A DNA stretch of 64,000 nt, from positions 72,726,001 through 72,790,000 of the forward strand of contig OZ024743.1 in assembly GCA_964016885.1 (NCBI GenBank), read 5' to 3'. The first letter of the stretch is position 1. Every line of letters starts with the position of its first letter. Source of the DNA: Eledone cirrhosa. Lineage: Eukaryota. Of the stretch, positions 25,638-38,780 are shown one piece after another. The position numbers and the translations under genes are program-made. The notes under the pieces are model-generated. The model saw only the letters and a program-made list of their open reading frames with translations. It was not told where the DNA came from and ran no database searches.

Positions 25638-27787
25638 AAGATCCAGAACTCCAAACAAAACCAAAGGATAATTCACAAGAATAACATAACTCTCAAAGAC
25701 ATTATCATCACAAATAATCTAAACATTACTGATTTAAATCATCTCTAATATGCATCGGCTAAAGTCACCACTCATTTATTTGGAGTGAAAATGAAAAACA
25801 ACAAAGGAATTCCCACAAAAACCTACTTGGCAAGAGAACAGCAATCGCTAAATAAACCTTCTCCAATCTGACATAGACATTTTAGCAAACTACAAAGTAG
25901 GTTAACATGTTAGACAAACTAAACTTAGAAAATTAAAAGGAAAATACAGTATAAAATCAACAAGTGATATAGACATGCTGATAGAAACAATCAAGCAAAA
26001 AGTGTCGGCCAAAGCTGCTCGTATAAGGCGCTTTCAAAAACGATCTTGATTCTATAAGAGCAATAATATCTTCAAAAACAACCAAAGAAACTTCTACATT
26101 AAAATTGGCAAGTCAACAATAACTGCTAAATCTATACCACCCAAGAAGGAAGTGCAAGAATTCTGAGAAAAGATCTGGGCCGAAGATAAAGTTCATAATA
26201 TACAAACCCCATGGATAGACAGACAAATGAAAGATACAGCTCACCTTGAGGAACAAATATGGGAAAATATAACAGTTGAACAGTTGCGCTTGGCTCTAAG
26301 AAAAACCAGCAAATGGAAATACCCAGGAAAAGACAAAATACAAAACTTTTGGATAAATGCCTTCACAGAGTCTCATGAACTGTTAGCCCAACTTTACAAT
26401 GAAATAGTTAAGGAGCCAGAAAAGATACCATCATGGCTAGTTAATGGCATTACATTCCTGCTTCCGAAGAATGATGAGACAAACAATCCCAAAAATTACA
26501 GACCGATAACTTGCATGACCACAATGTATAACATTTTAACATCAGTCCTAACTGAATACACATATGACCACCTGATAACAAATGACCTATTTCCCATTGA
26601 GCAGAAAGGGTGTAAACGAGGCTCATATGGCTGTAAGGATCAGCTTCTGGTTAACAAAATGATACTGGAAGATTGTCATAATAGACACAAAAATCTATCG
26701 ATTGCTTGGATAGATTATAAAAAAGCATTCGATAGTTTGCCACACAGTTGGATTGAAAAATGTTTAGAGATTTTCAAAATATCCCCCGTTGTCAGGAGGT
26801 TTTTATCATTCAGTATGAAGACATGGAAAACGACACTCCTTTTGAATAGTGAAAGAAAAATCACTGGTAGCTGTAGAAGTAAATATTAATTGTGGAATTT
26901 TTCAGGGTGACTCATGATCACCGCTTTTATTCTGCATCGCACTTATACCATTAAATAAAATGCTAAATGAAACAAAACATGGATATAAAGTCTATGGCAA
27001 AACCAATAAGCACTTGTTCTATATGGATGACCTGAAACAATTTACAAAAAATGATGAACAATTGCAAGGACTATTATCCACTGTGAAGCAGTTCAGTGAA
27101 GATATTAAAATGGAGTTTAGACTAGATAAATGGGCCAGAGGTAAGCTACAGAAAAGGTCAGGAATTAATTTTGATCGGGGGAATGTGATAAGAGAACTTG
27201 ATCAAGAGGAAACTTACAAATATCTAGGTGTTTGTGAAGGAGACGGAATCAAGCACTCGACAATGAAGGAAGGATAAGGAAGGAATGTTACCGCAGAGTA
27301 GGAGCATTCTTAAGAACGGAATTGAATGCAAAGAATAAATCGATGCCATAAACATGCTTGCCATACCCGTAGTAACCTACAATTACAACGTCATCAACTG
27401 GTCAAGCACAGAGATCCGTAGGCTCGATACATAAATTCGAAAATTCTTAACCATGCACAGAAGTCAACACCCTAAGGCAGATACAGATAGAATATATCTC
27501 CCTAGAACGAGGACGTGGGTTAATCCACTTAGATAATTCTTTGAAAGCTGCAACAATTGGATTATCTACATATCTAAGAGAATCACATGATTGGATGATC
27601 AAACTCGTTTTGAAACACGAAAGCATCAAAAGATCATACTCCATTACAAAAGATGCACAAAGATACAGTAATGAACTACAAATTTCAGATGTTCCACTTA
27701 CTGCTGAAATGAAAAACAGAAATAGCAAAGCAGGTAAAAGTAACTGCAAAGAAAGAACTGCTACAGAAACTGACTAAGAAATGGCAA
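25637..27787 (+). mobile_element. R4/Dong-like family A copy 2 (stops/frameshifts, truncated at both ends)
   Basis: Colinear with about 12704-14857; ORFs 26227-26889 and 26960-27277. Confidence 0.92.
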
Positions 27788-27868
27788 TTGGTATGAACTT
27801 CCATATGTTTCTAACGATAAGTGTTCATAAACAAACAGACACAGACGCACGCACATATAAACATGCAT

Positions 27869-27901
<33 letters not shown>

Positions 27902-27970
27902 CACATGTATATATATATACATAATAAATAAATTATACAATTATCAAAGTTGTGTTCAAATCATTTAATA

Positions 27971-28015
27971 GCTGACAATCGGTTCTTCCAAACTCTCGTT
28001 TGGAGTCATCGGAGC
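27971..28015 (-). ncRNA. Decayed type-I hammerhead with GAGA-capped stem II
   Basis: rc gct-CCGATGA-ctccaaac-gaga-gtttggaa-GAAC-cgattg-TC-agc; two core substitutions. Confidence 0.55.
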
Positions 28016-28175
28016 ATTATCAATGTTTGCACATATAACTACCCTACTATTCAACTGAACAATAATATAGATACATATAAATTGATGTGAGCAACAGTTT
28101 CTTATTTACAGGGTGGAATGGATGTGACATATATTTTACGATAATTGTACAATAATTGTAGAATCATTCAAGTTC

Positions 28176-28262
28176 AAATTCAAATCAAAATTAAAATTCA
28201 AATCAAAATTAAAATTCACATCAAAATTAAAATTCAAATCAAAATTCAAATTCAAATCAAAA
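28176..28262. repeat. 18-bp minisatellite (aaattcaaatcaaaatta) x about 5
   Basis: Direct reading. Confidence 0.9.
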
Positions 28263-28719
28263 GCACGGAGTGGAATACATGCAACAGTTAAAACAAGGGA
28301 ATAGTCCAAATATTAAAGAGGCATTGAAGAAGCAGTTTTGAGAAAGGAAGAGTGCGATAAAAAATCATATGCAGGCATATGTGACTGCGTAAGTCATATA
28401 CATGAGAAGGTGACAAGCAAAGCTATTATGCATATATAGATGAATAAATACTGCAGTTGAAGCAAATATGTTAATGTATTAGAGTCTATGGTGGATGTTG
28501 AATGTTGATGGTGTTCGAATCAATGTGTGTTGATAATGTTCGAATTAATTTATTTATTTAACTTATCTGTAAAACAACTGATGTTCATACATTGAGCTAT
28601 TTCTCTTACTGGTAATAAGGTAATTAAGAAAGTACTGACCTTCCTATTTATAGTTGTTTATACTATATACATAACTATAAATGGTATTATTACTATTATA
28701 TATATACACACACACACAC

Positions 28720-28846
28720 TGAAATATCTATGATCGTCGGCAAATCACTGATGAGGGACTTATTTTATTACATGTTATCCATGTGCAACCTGCAGTATTC
28801 TTCTCCCCATTTTTTCACATATATTTACCTAAACTGCGATTCTGTT

Positions 28847-28930
<84 letters not shown>

Positions 28931-29910
28931 TGCTCCCTCGTTCTCTGTTTCTCCTACTTTCTTTCGCCCCCTCTGTCATGTCAGTTAATTCTTCCTCACA
29001 CTTCCACTCACTCACTCACTGTTTCTCCTCTTCTCACTTCACCCCGTTCGTGACGAAAACATTTTCTCTCTTTCTCACATTTGGATTCGTTCCCCAAAGG
29101 TCTTTTTTCTAAGCGCTCATGTATTCACCTAGCTTATGCTAACAGAATAACTATGAAGCTTGTTCCCTTCCTTCTACGGTTAGCTCTCCTCTTTGTTGTT
29201 ATCTTGTCTCACTCGCTTTACGCGTTTTAATTGTCCTAATAACTTAATTTAGTTATTATTGCACCGACGTGAGGTATGTGATTTTTAATGCAATGAAATA
29301 TCTATTATCGTCGGCAAATCACTGATGAGAGACTTATTTTATTACATGTTATCCATGTGCAACCTGCAATATTCTTCTCCCCATTTTTTCACATATATTT
29401 ACCTAAACTGCGATTCTGTTTTTTTTTCTCTCTCTCTCTCTTACTGCTCCCTCGTTCTCTCTGTTTCTCCTACTTTCTTTCGCCCCCTCTGTCATGTCAG
29501 TTAACTCTTCCTCACACTTCCACTCACTCACTCACTGTTTCTCCTCTTCTCACTTCACCCCGTTCGTGACGAAAACATTTTCTCTCTTTCTCACACTTGG
29601 ATTCGTTCCCGAAAGGTCTTTTTTCTAAGCGCTCATATATTCACCTAGCTTATGCTAACAGAATAACTATGAAGCTTGTTCCCTTCCTTCTACGGTTAGC
29701 TCTCCTCTTTGTTGTTATCTTGTCTCACTCGCTTTACGCGTTTTATTTGTCCTAATAACTTAATTTAGTTATTATTGCACCGACGTGAGGTATATGATTT
29801 TTAATGCAATGAAATATCTATGATCGTCGGTAAATCACTGATGAGGGACTTATTTTATTACATGTTATCCATGTGCAACCTGCAGTATTCTTCTCCCCAT
29901 TTTTTCACAT

Positions 29911-29912
<2 letters not shown>
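28720..29912 (+). repeat. Partial tandem repeat, 2.2 copies of a ~516-bp unit (pLTR-like)
   Basis: Unit starts at 28720, 29294 and 29810; copies differ mainly in (CT)n length; contains CTGATGAG. Confidence 0.9.
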
Positions 29913-29957
<45 letters not shown>

Positions 29958-30012
29958 AGTATGCATGTATACGTACATACATATATGTATACAGACGTAC
30001 AGTAGCATGCAC

Positions 30013-30045
<33 letters not shown>

Positions 30046-30203
30046 CATATGCATACAGGTACACATACATATATGCACGTATCAGTTTAGCGGCGCTTAT
30101 TATAACGTCGCTTTGTTCGTTTGTAAACAAACTGAACAGCCTGAATTTATGCCATACGGTGTTAAGGCAACCACGTCACCTTTTTGTTCAACACTGACAC
30201 AGG

Positions 30204-30248
30204 AACGATGTACTAGTTTCAAGCTTGTTAGCTATCATCAGCACCGTT
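30204..30248 (-). ncRNA. Type-I hammerhead ribozyme (H1), inverted-arm copy
   Basis: Exact reverse complement of 30420-30464. Confidence 0.85.
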
Positions 30249-30419
30249 TACCCATCTGCCAGTGAGAAATGAAATTTCGTTTTCATTTTGTTTCAATTTA
30301 TCGTTTTCGGTATGCCTGACCGATTTAACTCACTCAATATGCAAATTAGGCTGCTCAGCCGTTAATTTTCATAACGAAAGTATATACTTTCGAACGTTCA
30401 ACTATCTGGCAGATGGGTA

Positions 30420-30464
30420 AACGGTGCTGATGATAGCTAACAAGCTTGAAACTAGTACATCGTT
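30420..30464 (+). ncRNA. Type-I hammerhead ribozyme (H1)
   Basis: aacggtg-CTGATGA-tagct-aaca-agctt-GAAA-ctag-TA-catcgtt; 7-bp stem I, intact core, palindromic ACTAGT stem III; predicted cut after 30457. Confidence 0.88.
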
Positions 30465-30767
30465 CCTGTGTCAGTGTTGAACAAAAAGGTGACGTGGTTG
30501 CCTTAACACCGTATGGCATAAATTCAGGCTGTTCAGTTTGTTTACAAACGAACAAAGCGACGTTATAATAAGCGCCGCTAAACTGATACGTGCATATATG
30601 TATGTGTACCTGTATGCATATGTATATATATATGTATATATATATATATATGTGCATGCTACTGTACGTCTGTATACATATATGTATGTACGTATACATG
30701 CATACTTACATTTAAGTAAGTGCCATACTAAGAGTGAGAAATGAAATTTCGTTTTCATTTTGTTTCA

Positions 30768-30847
<80 letters not shown>

Positions 30848-30914
30848 GTATTCTTCCACCGGTTGCAACGTTTTTTGAAATATTCACTTCTGCGTTTACA
30901 GATTGACTTTGTTA

Positions 30915-30985
30915 GTTTCAGAAGTTCCCGTTAAGGGTGAAAGCAGCGATTCTTTTCTTAAACTTTAATCTGTTATGTTAATAAA
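30915..30985 (+). ncRNA. Hammerhead-like motif, family H7 (decayed)
   Basis: gttt-CAGAAGT-tccc..gggt-GAAA..TT-aaac; homologous to 37390-37462 and 63853-63910. Confidence 0.4.
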
Positions 30986-31702
30986 TATATATATAGATTA
31001 CAAGTTGGCATAAACATCTTTTATGCAATTTGTAATCTATGAAATGTATGTGTTTTAACTATGCCAACATGTATTTATCTGAGTTTGAATATTTATACGT
31101 ACACATAATTGATATTATTTTAGAGCGTATCTTATGGTGTATTTTACTAAGTGCAATTTACCATACCGTACCATATTGTGTTGGCTATGTTGTATATTAT
31201 CGCATTACTGTATTTCATTATCTTATTATAAATTTCATCTTTTAATATACATCTTTCCTAGCCGAAACCTTAATTTATATTCACCTAAAAACTCAATACA
31301 ACACTAAACACCATTTATTTTGACATTCCTTTTAAACCTCACTATACCAGATATATTCAACTATCAGTTTGACAATCCCTTTCCTCCTAGTAGATTGTTA
31401 TGCCAATTCTACTATTAAGACCATTCAACCATTCATTTCAAAGGGTCATGACCTCAACTAAAGTGTATTACTTTTCATCTTAACACCATATGAAAAAAAC
31501 AATTTGATTGGTTAGTTCTTCAACTACCTCCAAATAATACGAACATACCACTAATATAATACGAACATAATACGAATATAATACGAACATAATACGAACA
31601 TACCACTAATTCTGAATAAAATTATTATTGCTTTTGAAAACAGCTGGTGATATTTTTTTTTCTCGTGCAATGTCCATACTCGATAACGAGGGGGCAGCCA
31701 TC

Positions 31703-31733
<31 letters not shown>

Positions 31734-31741
31734 TATGTGCA

Positions 31742-31860
31742 GTGAAGGCGCGTGGTTGACTGTTTAGTGAATTGGATTCGCAATTGTGAGGTTGTGAGTT
31801 TGATTCCCGGACCGAGCGATGCATTATATCCTTGAGGTATACACGTCATTTCACGTTCCA
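31742..31860 (+). mobile_element. tRNA-derived SINE family 2 (CORE-like), 5' part
   Basis: A/B-box-like ggcgcgtgg..gagtttgattccc followed by tccttgag..catttcacgtt; related minus copy at about 32745-32835. Confidence 0.65.
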
Positions 31861-32227
31861 TGGATTTGCGATCGGTAGATAGTATTAGTAATTGGAAAGA
31901 CTAATGGAAGCGTTATTTCCTCTGTCCGATTTGGTGAGCTCCGCTCCATTTGTTAAACGAATAAGGTCTGGGATCTTCTCGGTCGACTGTTATACACACA
32001 TATGTCGATGCGCTTGTAAATCACCATCTCCCGATCAATCGAAGGAACAGCTTGCTACTGACATTGTAACCACCGATAAGCCGACGAAATTTCAAGATTA
32101 TTAGACCCACATTCACGTAGAATGCTTTCTTTTCACTGTTCTTTTATTTCAAACCTCGCCACTCTGAATGATGCTTCTCATGATGCCTGTCTACATTCCA
32201 TAAAATAATTACTACAACCAGTAGTCT

Positions 32228-32229
<2 letters not shown>

Positions 32230-32276
<47 letters not shown>

Positions 32277-32300
32277 TCACTCACTCTCTCTCTCTCTCTC

Positions 32301-32373
<73 letters not shown>
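32230..32373. repeat. (CT)n microsatellite
   Basis: Direct reading. Confidence 0.98.
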
Positions 32374-32376
<3 letters not shown>

Positions 32377-32924
32377 ACACGCTTCTACTGCAGCCCCCTC
32401 TCTCTCAAGTAAATTGGTTGTGTTTAGAACAGCCATGTGTCACGCCAATACACACCATTCTCTAACATGATATATTGTCCTCGACAATCGCCGATTAAAT
32501 GGACACAATTGATTGGTTAGTTCATATTTTACCAATCCATGTAAGGTGAACCATAAACCCCAAGGGACATGTAAGGGAAGGGTACATGACAGAATACTGA
32601 ATGGAATTGTATACAATTCTTTGCTGGTTATGTTGTTGTTATAGTTCACACCTATACCGGATTAGCTGGCCTCCTCGAAGGTATATCTCGTTGGAGGTGT
32701 CTTGGGTGATTTAATGATAAGGACCCCAGTACTATCATTTTATTTCTACAGCTGTGTAGACTGGAGCAACGTGAAATAAAGTGTCTTGCTCAAGGAAACA
32801 ACACATCACCCTGTCCGAGAATTGAATTCACAGCCTTTGGTTAAGTTGGGAATTAGCAAAACCACTGTGTGGCTTAAAAATTGAGTTTATATATTATAGA
32901 TCAATTCGTATTAATTTCTAAAGT

Positions 32925-33092
32925 ATCGGTAGAGGGTCGGAAGCCATGCTTTCCAGCATAGTTACATCCCTTTACGATTTGAGTTCAAATCCCACCGAGG
33001 ATGACTTTGCGTTTCATCCTTAGGGGGTCGATAAAATAAAGTACCACTAATGCACTGTGTAATTGCTGGCCTTCGGCCTAAAGTAGAAACAA
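32925..33092 (+). mobile_element. SINE family 1
   Basis: gagttcaaatcccaccgagg..tttcatcctta..ggggtcgataaaataaagtacc..aagtagaaacaatt. Confidence 0.8.
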
Positions 33093-33644
33093 TTAATTTC
33101 TAAAATCCTTTTAAGACATTTCAACGCTCATGTCTTCTGGTGAGATTTATTGTATCAGCGCAAACGAATATTTTTATTCCTTATAAACGATGAAGTGCAA
33201 TAGTTGTAAATTACACCATAGGGTATCTGAATAGAGAGGAAAATAGTCAACGATTGAATTTGACTGATCGTCGAAAATTTCGAGAGCTTTTATGAAGATG
33301 TCCAAAATCGGAGGTTTCATGACTGATATGTTAGTTATTAACCCGAAATTATGCATTTCTCATCCCAACTTACACACATATGAAAACCCAGGAAAATCGC
33401 TATATAATTTTTTATCGATATAAACAAGCACTGATTTCGTCGGATCTTATTTTTTATGTGTTATTATCTTGACTGATATTTTATTTACTAATGAATATAT
33501 TATTAAGGACATGCATATTTCTAAGTCCATTGCCGTGTGCGGGGAAAGTTCTTAATATATAATTTATTAGATGTGCTATCAATAAAGAAGATTTCGTCGT
33601 TTTCTATATATGAAGAACATGTTTTATTATATGAAGCACATTTG

Positions 33645-33822
33645 GGCAGTGGATTGGCAGTACCGGTAGCGGGTCGGACGCATAGAGTTACGGCTCTTGC
33701 TATTCTGAGTTCAAATCCCGCCGAGGTTAACTTTGCCTTTCATCCTTACGGGGTCGATAAAATAAAGTACCAGTAATGCACTAGGTAATTTTCTGGCCTT
33801 GTGCTAAAAGTAGAAACAATTA
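33645..33822 (+). mobile_element. SINE family 1 (near full length)
   Basis: ggcagtggattggcag head, B-box, conserved core, agtagaaacaatt end. Confidence 0.85.
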
Positions 33823-36800
33823 TATAAAGCAGATATATAATTAATGTAGACACATATATTATCCCCCCCCCCCCCACACACACACACAAACACGCACTAA
33901 TGAATTAAGATACGAATTGCATGTTGATGGGACGATCAAATATTCTAAAATGTCTTACAACCGTCTTCATGACACACAGAAAATATTATATTAACAGCTT
34001 TGTTATCTAGACAGCAACCTTATGCCGAAATTGTAAACCTATATAAAAGAGGCACATTCATTTACGATGGGAAATATTTCGTTATGGAATTTTAAGTTTT
34101 CTACGGATTCTTAAATATTTATGTAGACGCTGGCATGGGCGTGTCGGTAAGAATTTGCTCGCTACAATATGACACATACTTCTATCCCATTCTACTATAC
34201 ATAGGATACATTTATTCTACTCTAGTCATGCGTTGGCCAATAACATGAGTGTGATATTTAACAGAGGCAATTAGTTCGGAAGATCGTTGTATATATTTTC
34301 ACAATCTATCTATCTCTAATAGAAATCTGTTCTCCTCAGGCCTAAAGAGGGATGGGTCTGCCAGGTTTACAATGACCAAGGAATGGCGTATGTCAATTTT
34401 GCTCCCCTACGTCTCCACCTGGTTTTACAGGATCATATCATAATAGTAAAATAGTTGCAAGGTTATGGACGTTAGTCGTCTAGCAGGTGTTAGAATGGGT
34501 GATATAAGAAGAAATATAGGGATAGATAAGAAACAGCGTAAATAAACTTCACATGTAGAATGTAGGTGTGTAATTGGTCAGCCTTTTGGGATATATGGGT
34601 ATGTGTGTTTGTATATTTAAGGTGAGAATATTGTTTTATCTTTATTTAGATGTTTGAATTTTGACGGATGATAAAATAATTGCTATACTCAATATCGAAT
34701 ACTTAAGGCCGAGTGTCGATGACCGAAACCAGTAAAGGGATGGATAAGCAGAAAGTTTTATAGAGTTTATTGGCTAAAACATCAACTATTTACGTTTTAA
34801 ATCAAATTAGATCTACACGGCTTACATGAAGATGTATCATCCGGAGGGAATATTTATTTGTATATACAAGAAACAAAGAATTAACTATATAAATCTTTGA
34901 GTGCAACGAAGAATGGATATCAACAATTAGTTTCGGTTGGTGGTTGAATTTTATAGAAATCTATTCATTGAAAATTTAGAAGAATATAGAGCAAAATTGT
35001 AATTACGAATGCTATACAAAATGTTTTAAATTATTACCAATCATTAGAACACAAAGTTGAATAATTATTCAATCCGAGATGATATTATTTGTTGTTAATT
35101 GTCTTACGATATTTCTCCAAATAAGCTTTTCGATAATGAGTGCTCCAGTTGTTCTATCAACTCAACAACTTGCTCTAGAAAGTAACGTGTAAGTGGCTGA
35201 GTATCCCATTACACTTGTACTGTTCATGTAATACTTAGTGAGATTCCGTGTGACAGAGAGTGTAGCTGGTCGGAAATGCTTCCAGACATTTTCCGTCTAT
35301 GCAATTTCGCTCATCAAGGCATGGGTTGGACGGAGGTTCTTGTAAATAATACTTTGTAAATTACCGCGTTGTAAATTACCGCGTTGAACCTGGATTCAAA
35401 ATTTAAGAAGCGAAATCATCTCTTTGTGGCCTTACTCCTTCAAAAAGGTTTGCCGTTAATTATTAACCTCCCTACGTTATTTTAAGAATATTTTATTACA
35501 AGGGAGCTTTTTTAATGTAGAATTGTGAAAATTACTCTTTAACTTAATTCCACAATCCAGTATGCATCATTTTATTGAACCAAATAAATTATATGCGTTT
35601 CAGAAATTTCATATGAGTCTCTTATTGTAAACAGTCGTTATAATTAGACGATTTGATCTGAAATTTCGACTTTCTATAGAGAACTAATATCTCAGTAATT
35701 ACATGACAAGAAAGTTATTTGTAATGGAAGAAATAAAACGACTGAAGAATACTAACATAATGTGATGTTACACCGGCTTGTTTTATGTCAAAGTTAATAT
35801 ATTATGTCTGATCATACATTACTAGCGGGACAACAATCTTGAAAAACTGACAGAATCATTGACAGAGGATAAATAGTTAACGTGATGAAATCTTCCGATA
35901 ACAAGTTGTTGATAACCTCGAAACATGCGCATTATTTCACACCAATAAACACATATTTACATAAACTATCACCCTAAAACCACATTCTAGAAACTGGTTT
36001 TTCACTTCGAATATCACTATTGTAGATTTTCTCCCCATGGCCGCAGATACTGCTTTTCTCTTCTATCCTTCTTTTCACGATTTCCATGCAACATCCGGGA
36101 AGATTTTAAAATGTGTTCTATTACATAATTAAGCATAGTTGAATGCACCAAATAATCTTTCAATAACGACAAACTGGCTGTTTGCTAAATTATCAGTACA
36201 TTTCTTCACCTATGGTTTCCTTCGTCGTAACTAATATGTTTATGCAATGCTTAATGCTCATGTTTATTTTACAACCGCTGAATTATGTAATACGCATGAT
36301 GAAATTTGGTCGCATAATTATATAAAATACTATGTATATGTTAATTTCTCAATACCTGTCTTTCTCCATCTCTTTCATTTCCGTATACATATGTGAGGTG
36401 TTTGAACGATGCATTTATTTAGAGTTGCAAATGGGTGGGTGGTGAATAGCCCGAGTGTGGGAAATTCTGGATTGATGTTGATTCTCGCTGTCAACACGAA
36501 GAAGCAGTTGTGTATCGTTTCAAAGACCAATATAACACTACCATAAAATAGTTCTGCATTGACGAAGGGAAATAAAAGGAATCTACACAGTAACATGGCA
36601 CTTGGAGATAAGCTGTTCATAGAGGAACCGAAGTATTTGAAATTGTATACATTAAGTATGCTGTCGATACAAGAAAAAAGCGGACGTTCAACACATTGGT
36701 AGAAGTTGGCTGTGAAATTAAAAAAATTACCGTCTTTGCAACACCGTGGATTATCAACAGATAGGGGCAAAGATTTGGCGTTAGAACAATACGCTGTCCA

Positions 36801-37269
36801 CAAAAACATCTGACCTATGAGTTATATTTCCGTATTTTCTTTGCATAATTTTCGTCCATCAACGGAGAATGTCTTCCCGAACCAACGTTATGTCTTCCTG
36901 ATTTCCTGGTTGTAACGACTTCGTAATATTTACTTTTGCGTCTATATATGTATAAACGGGCACACACACACGCGCGCAGACATACACACATATATACACA
37001 CATACGCATACATACACGCTTACACATACACACAGTTCGGATCTAGCTGTCGAAGCGGCCGGCGTTCAACCGTCAGGGTCCTGAATCTATTCATATTACC
37101 CACTCTACTTGCCAAGTATCGAGTACTCTGGTGCGTTATGGTACACCTGGTATCTTACCACACCCTCTTTGTTAAATATATATGTATGTAAAAGGTAAAC
37201 AGAAATAACAACACAATCAGTATATGGAAGGGATATATTAGGTTAACGCTTGATATAGGAGGAAGAGGG

Positions 37270-37305
37270 TCTTAACGTTTCGGACGTTAGTCCTCCATCA
37301 GAAAA
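37270..37305 (-). ncRNA. Minimal Penelope-type hammerhead
   Basis: rc tttt-CTGATGG-a-ggac-taac-gtcc-GAAA-cg-TT-aaga; stem III reduced to the palindrome AACGTT. Confidence 0.65.
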
Positions 37306-37389
37306 AGGAATGAGAAATAAGATAGATTGAGGGGACGGGCGGGTTGGAATTGGAAAACATGTCTTTAAATAAATATATCTATATATATA

Positions 37390-37438
37390 ATTCAGAAGAT
37401 CCCGTAATAGGGTGAAAGCAGAAATAATTTGCTTAAAC
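37390..37438 (+). ncRNA. Hammerhead-like motif, family H7 (A at core position 4)
   Basis: tt-CAGAAGA-tccc-gtaata-gggt-GAAA-gcaga-aataa-tttgc-TT-aa. Confidence 0.5.
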
Positions 37439-38213
37439 GTTAATATGTAATTATAATAAATAATTGGTCTACGGGTTTATATATATATATATATACGCCC
37501 CACCTTTGCAAGCAGAGAAAAGCGGACGTAAATTGATGATGATGATGATATAAACCTTATCGATCCTAGTCCTGAATTTGATCTTCACAATTGTTATTAC
37601 TACACACACGCACACACACACACACACACACACATATGTTGAAAAGGTAATACACTAGAGATAGATACAGTGCGCTATCAATAAAATAGGGAAGAACCAC
37701 CAGTGTATGGAATCTATAACCTATGAAAGGCAGACTATAGACACGATAATTAAAAATATGAATTAAAGTGTAAATAAATACCTCTTCGCAATTTAAGGGC
37801 TTTATTTCGTTTAGAAGAAAATACTGGTCGTTTTCGGTTAGGCATATCGTATAACGATACTATAGAAGCAGTGTAAAAGTATTTTAGGTTAAATACTGAA
37901 CCACTGAGAGCATGTAGTCGTTTCAATAAAAAGTTGCATTAAAAAAGGAAGGCATTGAATGTAAAATGCTAAGCTAAAAGCGAAAAATGAATGTCATTGT
38001 TTATGTATAATAAATTGGAAATGCTTTAGTAAGAGATGGATATAAAAGTAATTTAGGTTAAATAGTATAGGAAGGTGTGTAGGATACATACATACATACA
38101 TACACACGACGCTTAGCTTTATATAAGTATCGTGTGTATGTGTGTGTGTGTGCTATGCGAGCGACGACAGATCAAAGATATATAACAGGTGACTGAATCT
38201 TAACTAAAGTGTG

Positions 38214-38272
<59 letters not shown>

Positions 38273-38707
38273 TCTCTCTCTCTCTCTCTCTATGAATATC
38301 TAACACTTTAATTGTATCTCTCTCTGTCTTAACGGCCTATCTCTCTCTGCAGTGTTGTCATATAGGGAGTGGAGAGCGAAAGAGAGAGTAAAGCAGTTAA
38401 ATTATAGAGAGGGGGAATAATATATAATAGAGAGAAGGAAGAGTGACGGAGAGAGTAAAGCTAAGAAATTATAGGGAGGTAAACATCGATAGAAAAAGAC
38501 AGTTTGTTTGCCCTAGAGACCACATTTTTCAATTTAGAGAACCCCAAGTAGACCTGTCGCTTTATCGGTGCCTTTTACATTAATGTGTAAATTTCCATGA
38601 CAATCCGAGCATTGGTACTACACTTTTGCCTGTATCCAGACACGACTCAGAAAATTTTCGCCCATTTCACATTTATATAATATATATATATATACACACA
38701 CACGCAC

Positions 38708-38761
<54 letters not shown>

Positions 38762-38780
38762 TTACGTATATATATATATA

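Larger units (their letters stand above)
29954..30770 (+). mobile_element. Hammerhead element family H1: 5'-inverted plus tandem copy in (TA)n
   Basis: Arms 29954-30262 and 30406-30710 are near-identical inverted repeats; gtgagaaatgaaatttc recurs 471 bp apart; (TA)n on both sides. Confidence 0.85.

Noticed and set aside
28176-31610. Short tandem repeats (18-bp at 28176, 11-bp at 31535) as CRISPR-like arrays
   Set aside because: No unique spacers; eukaryotic minisatellites
32650-32725. HDV-like ribozyme (ctcctcg with tatacc/ggtata)
   Set aside because: P3 and P2 pairings could not be completed
33645-33822. tRNA genes at B-box-containing sites
   Set aside because: No cloverleaf; these are SINE heads
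34700-34740. ccgaaaccagta (and 61630-61660) as hammerhead 3' halves
   Set aside because: 5' core too degenerate to support
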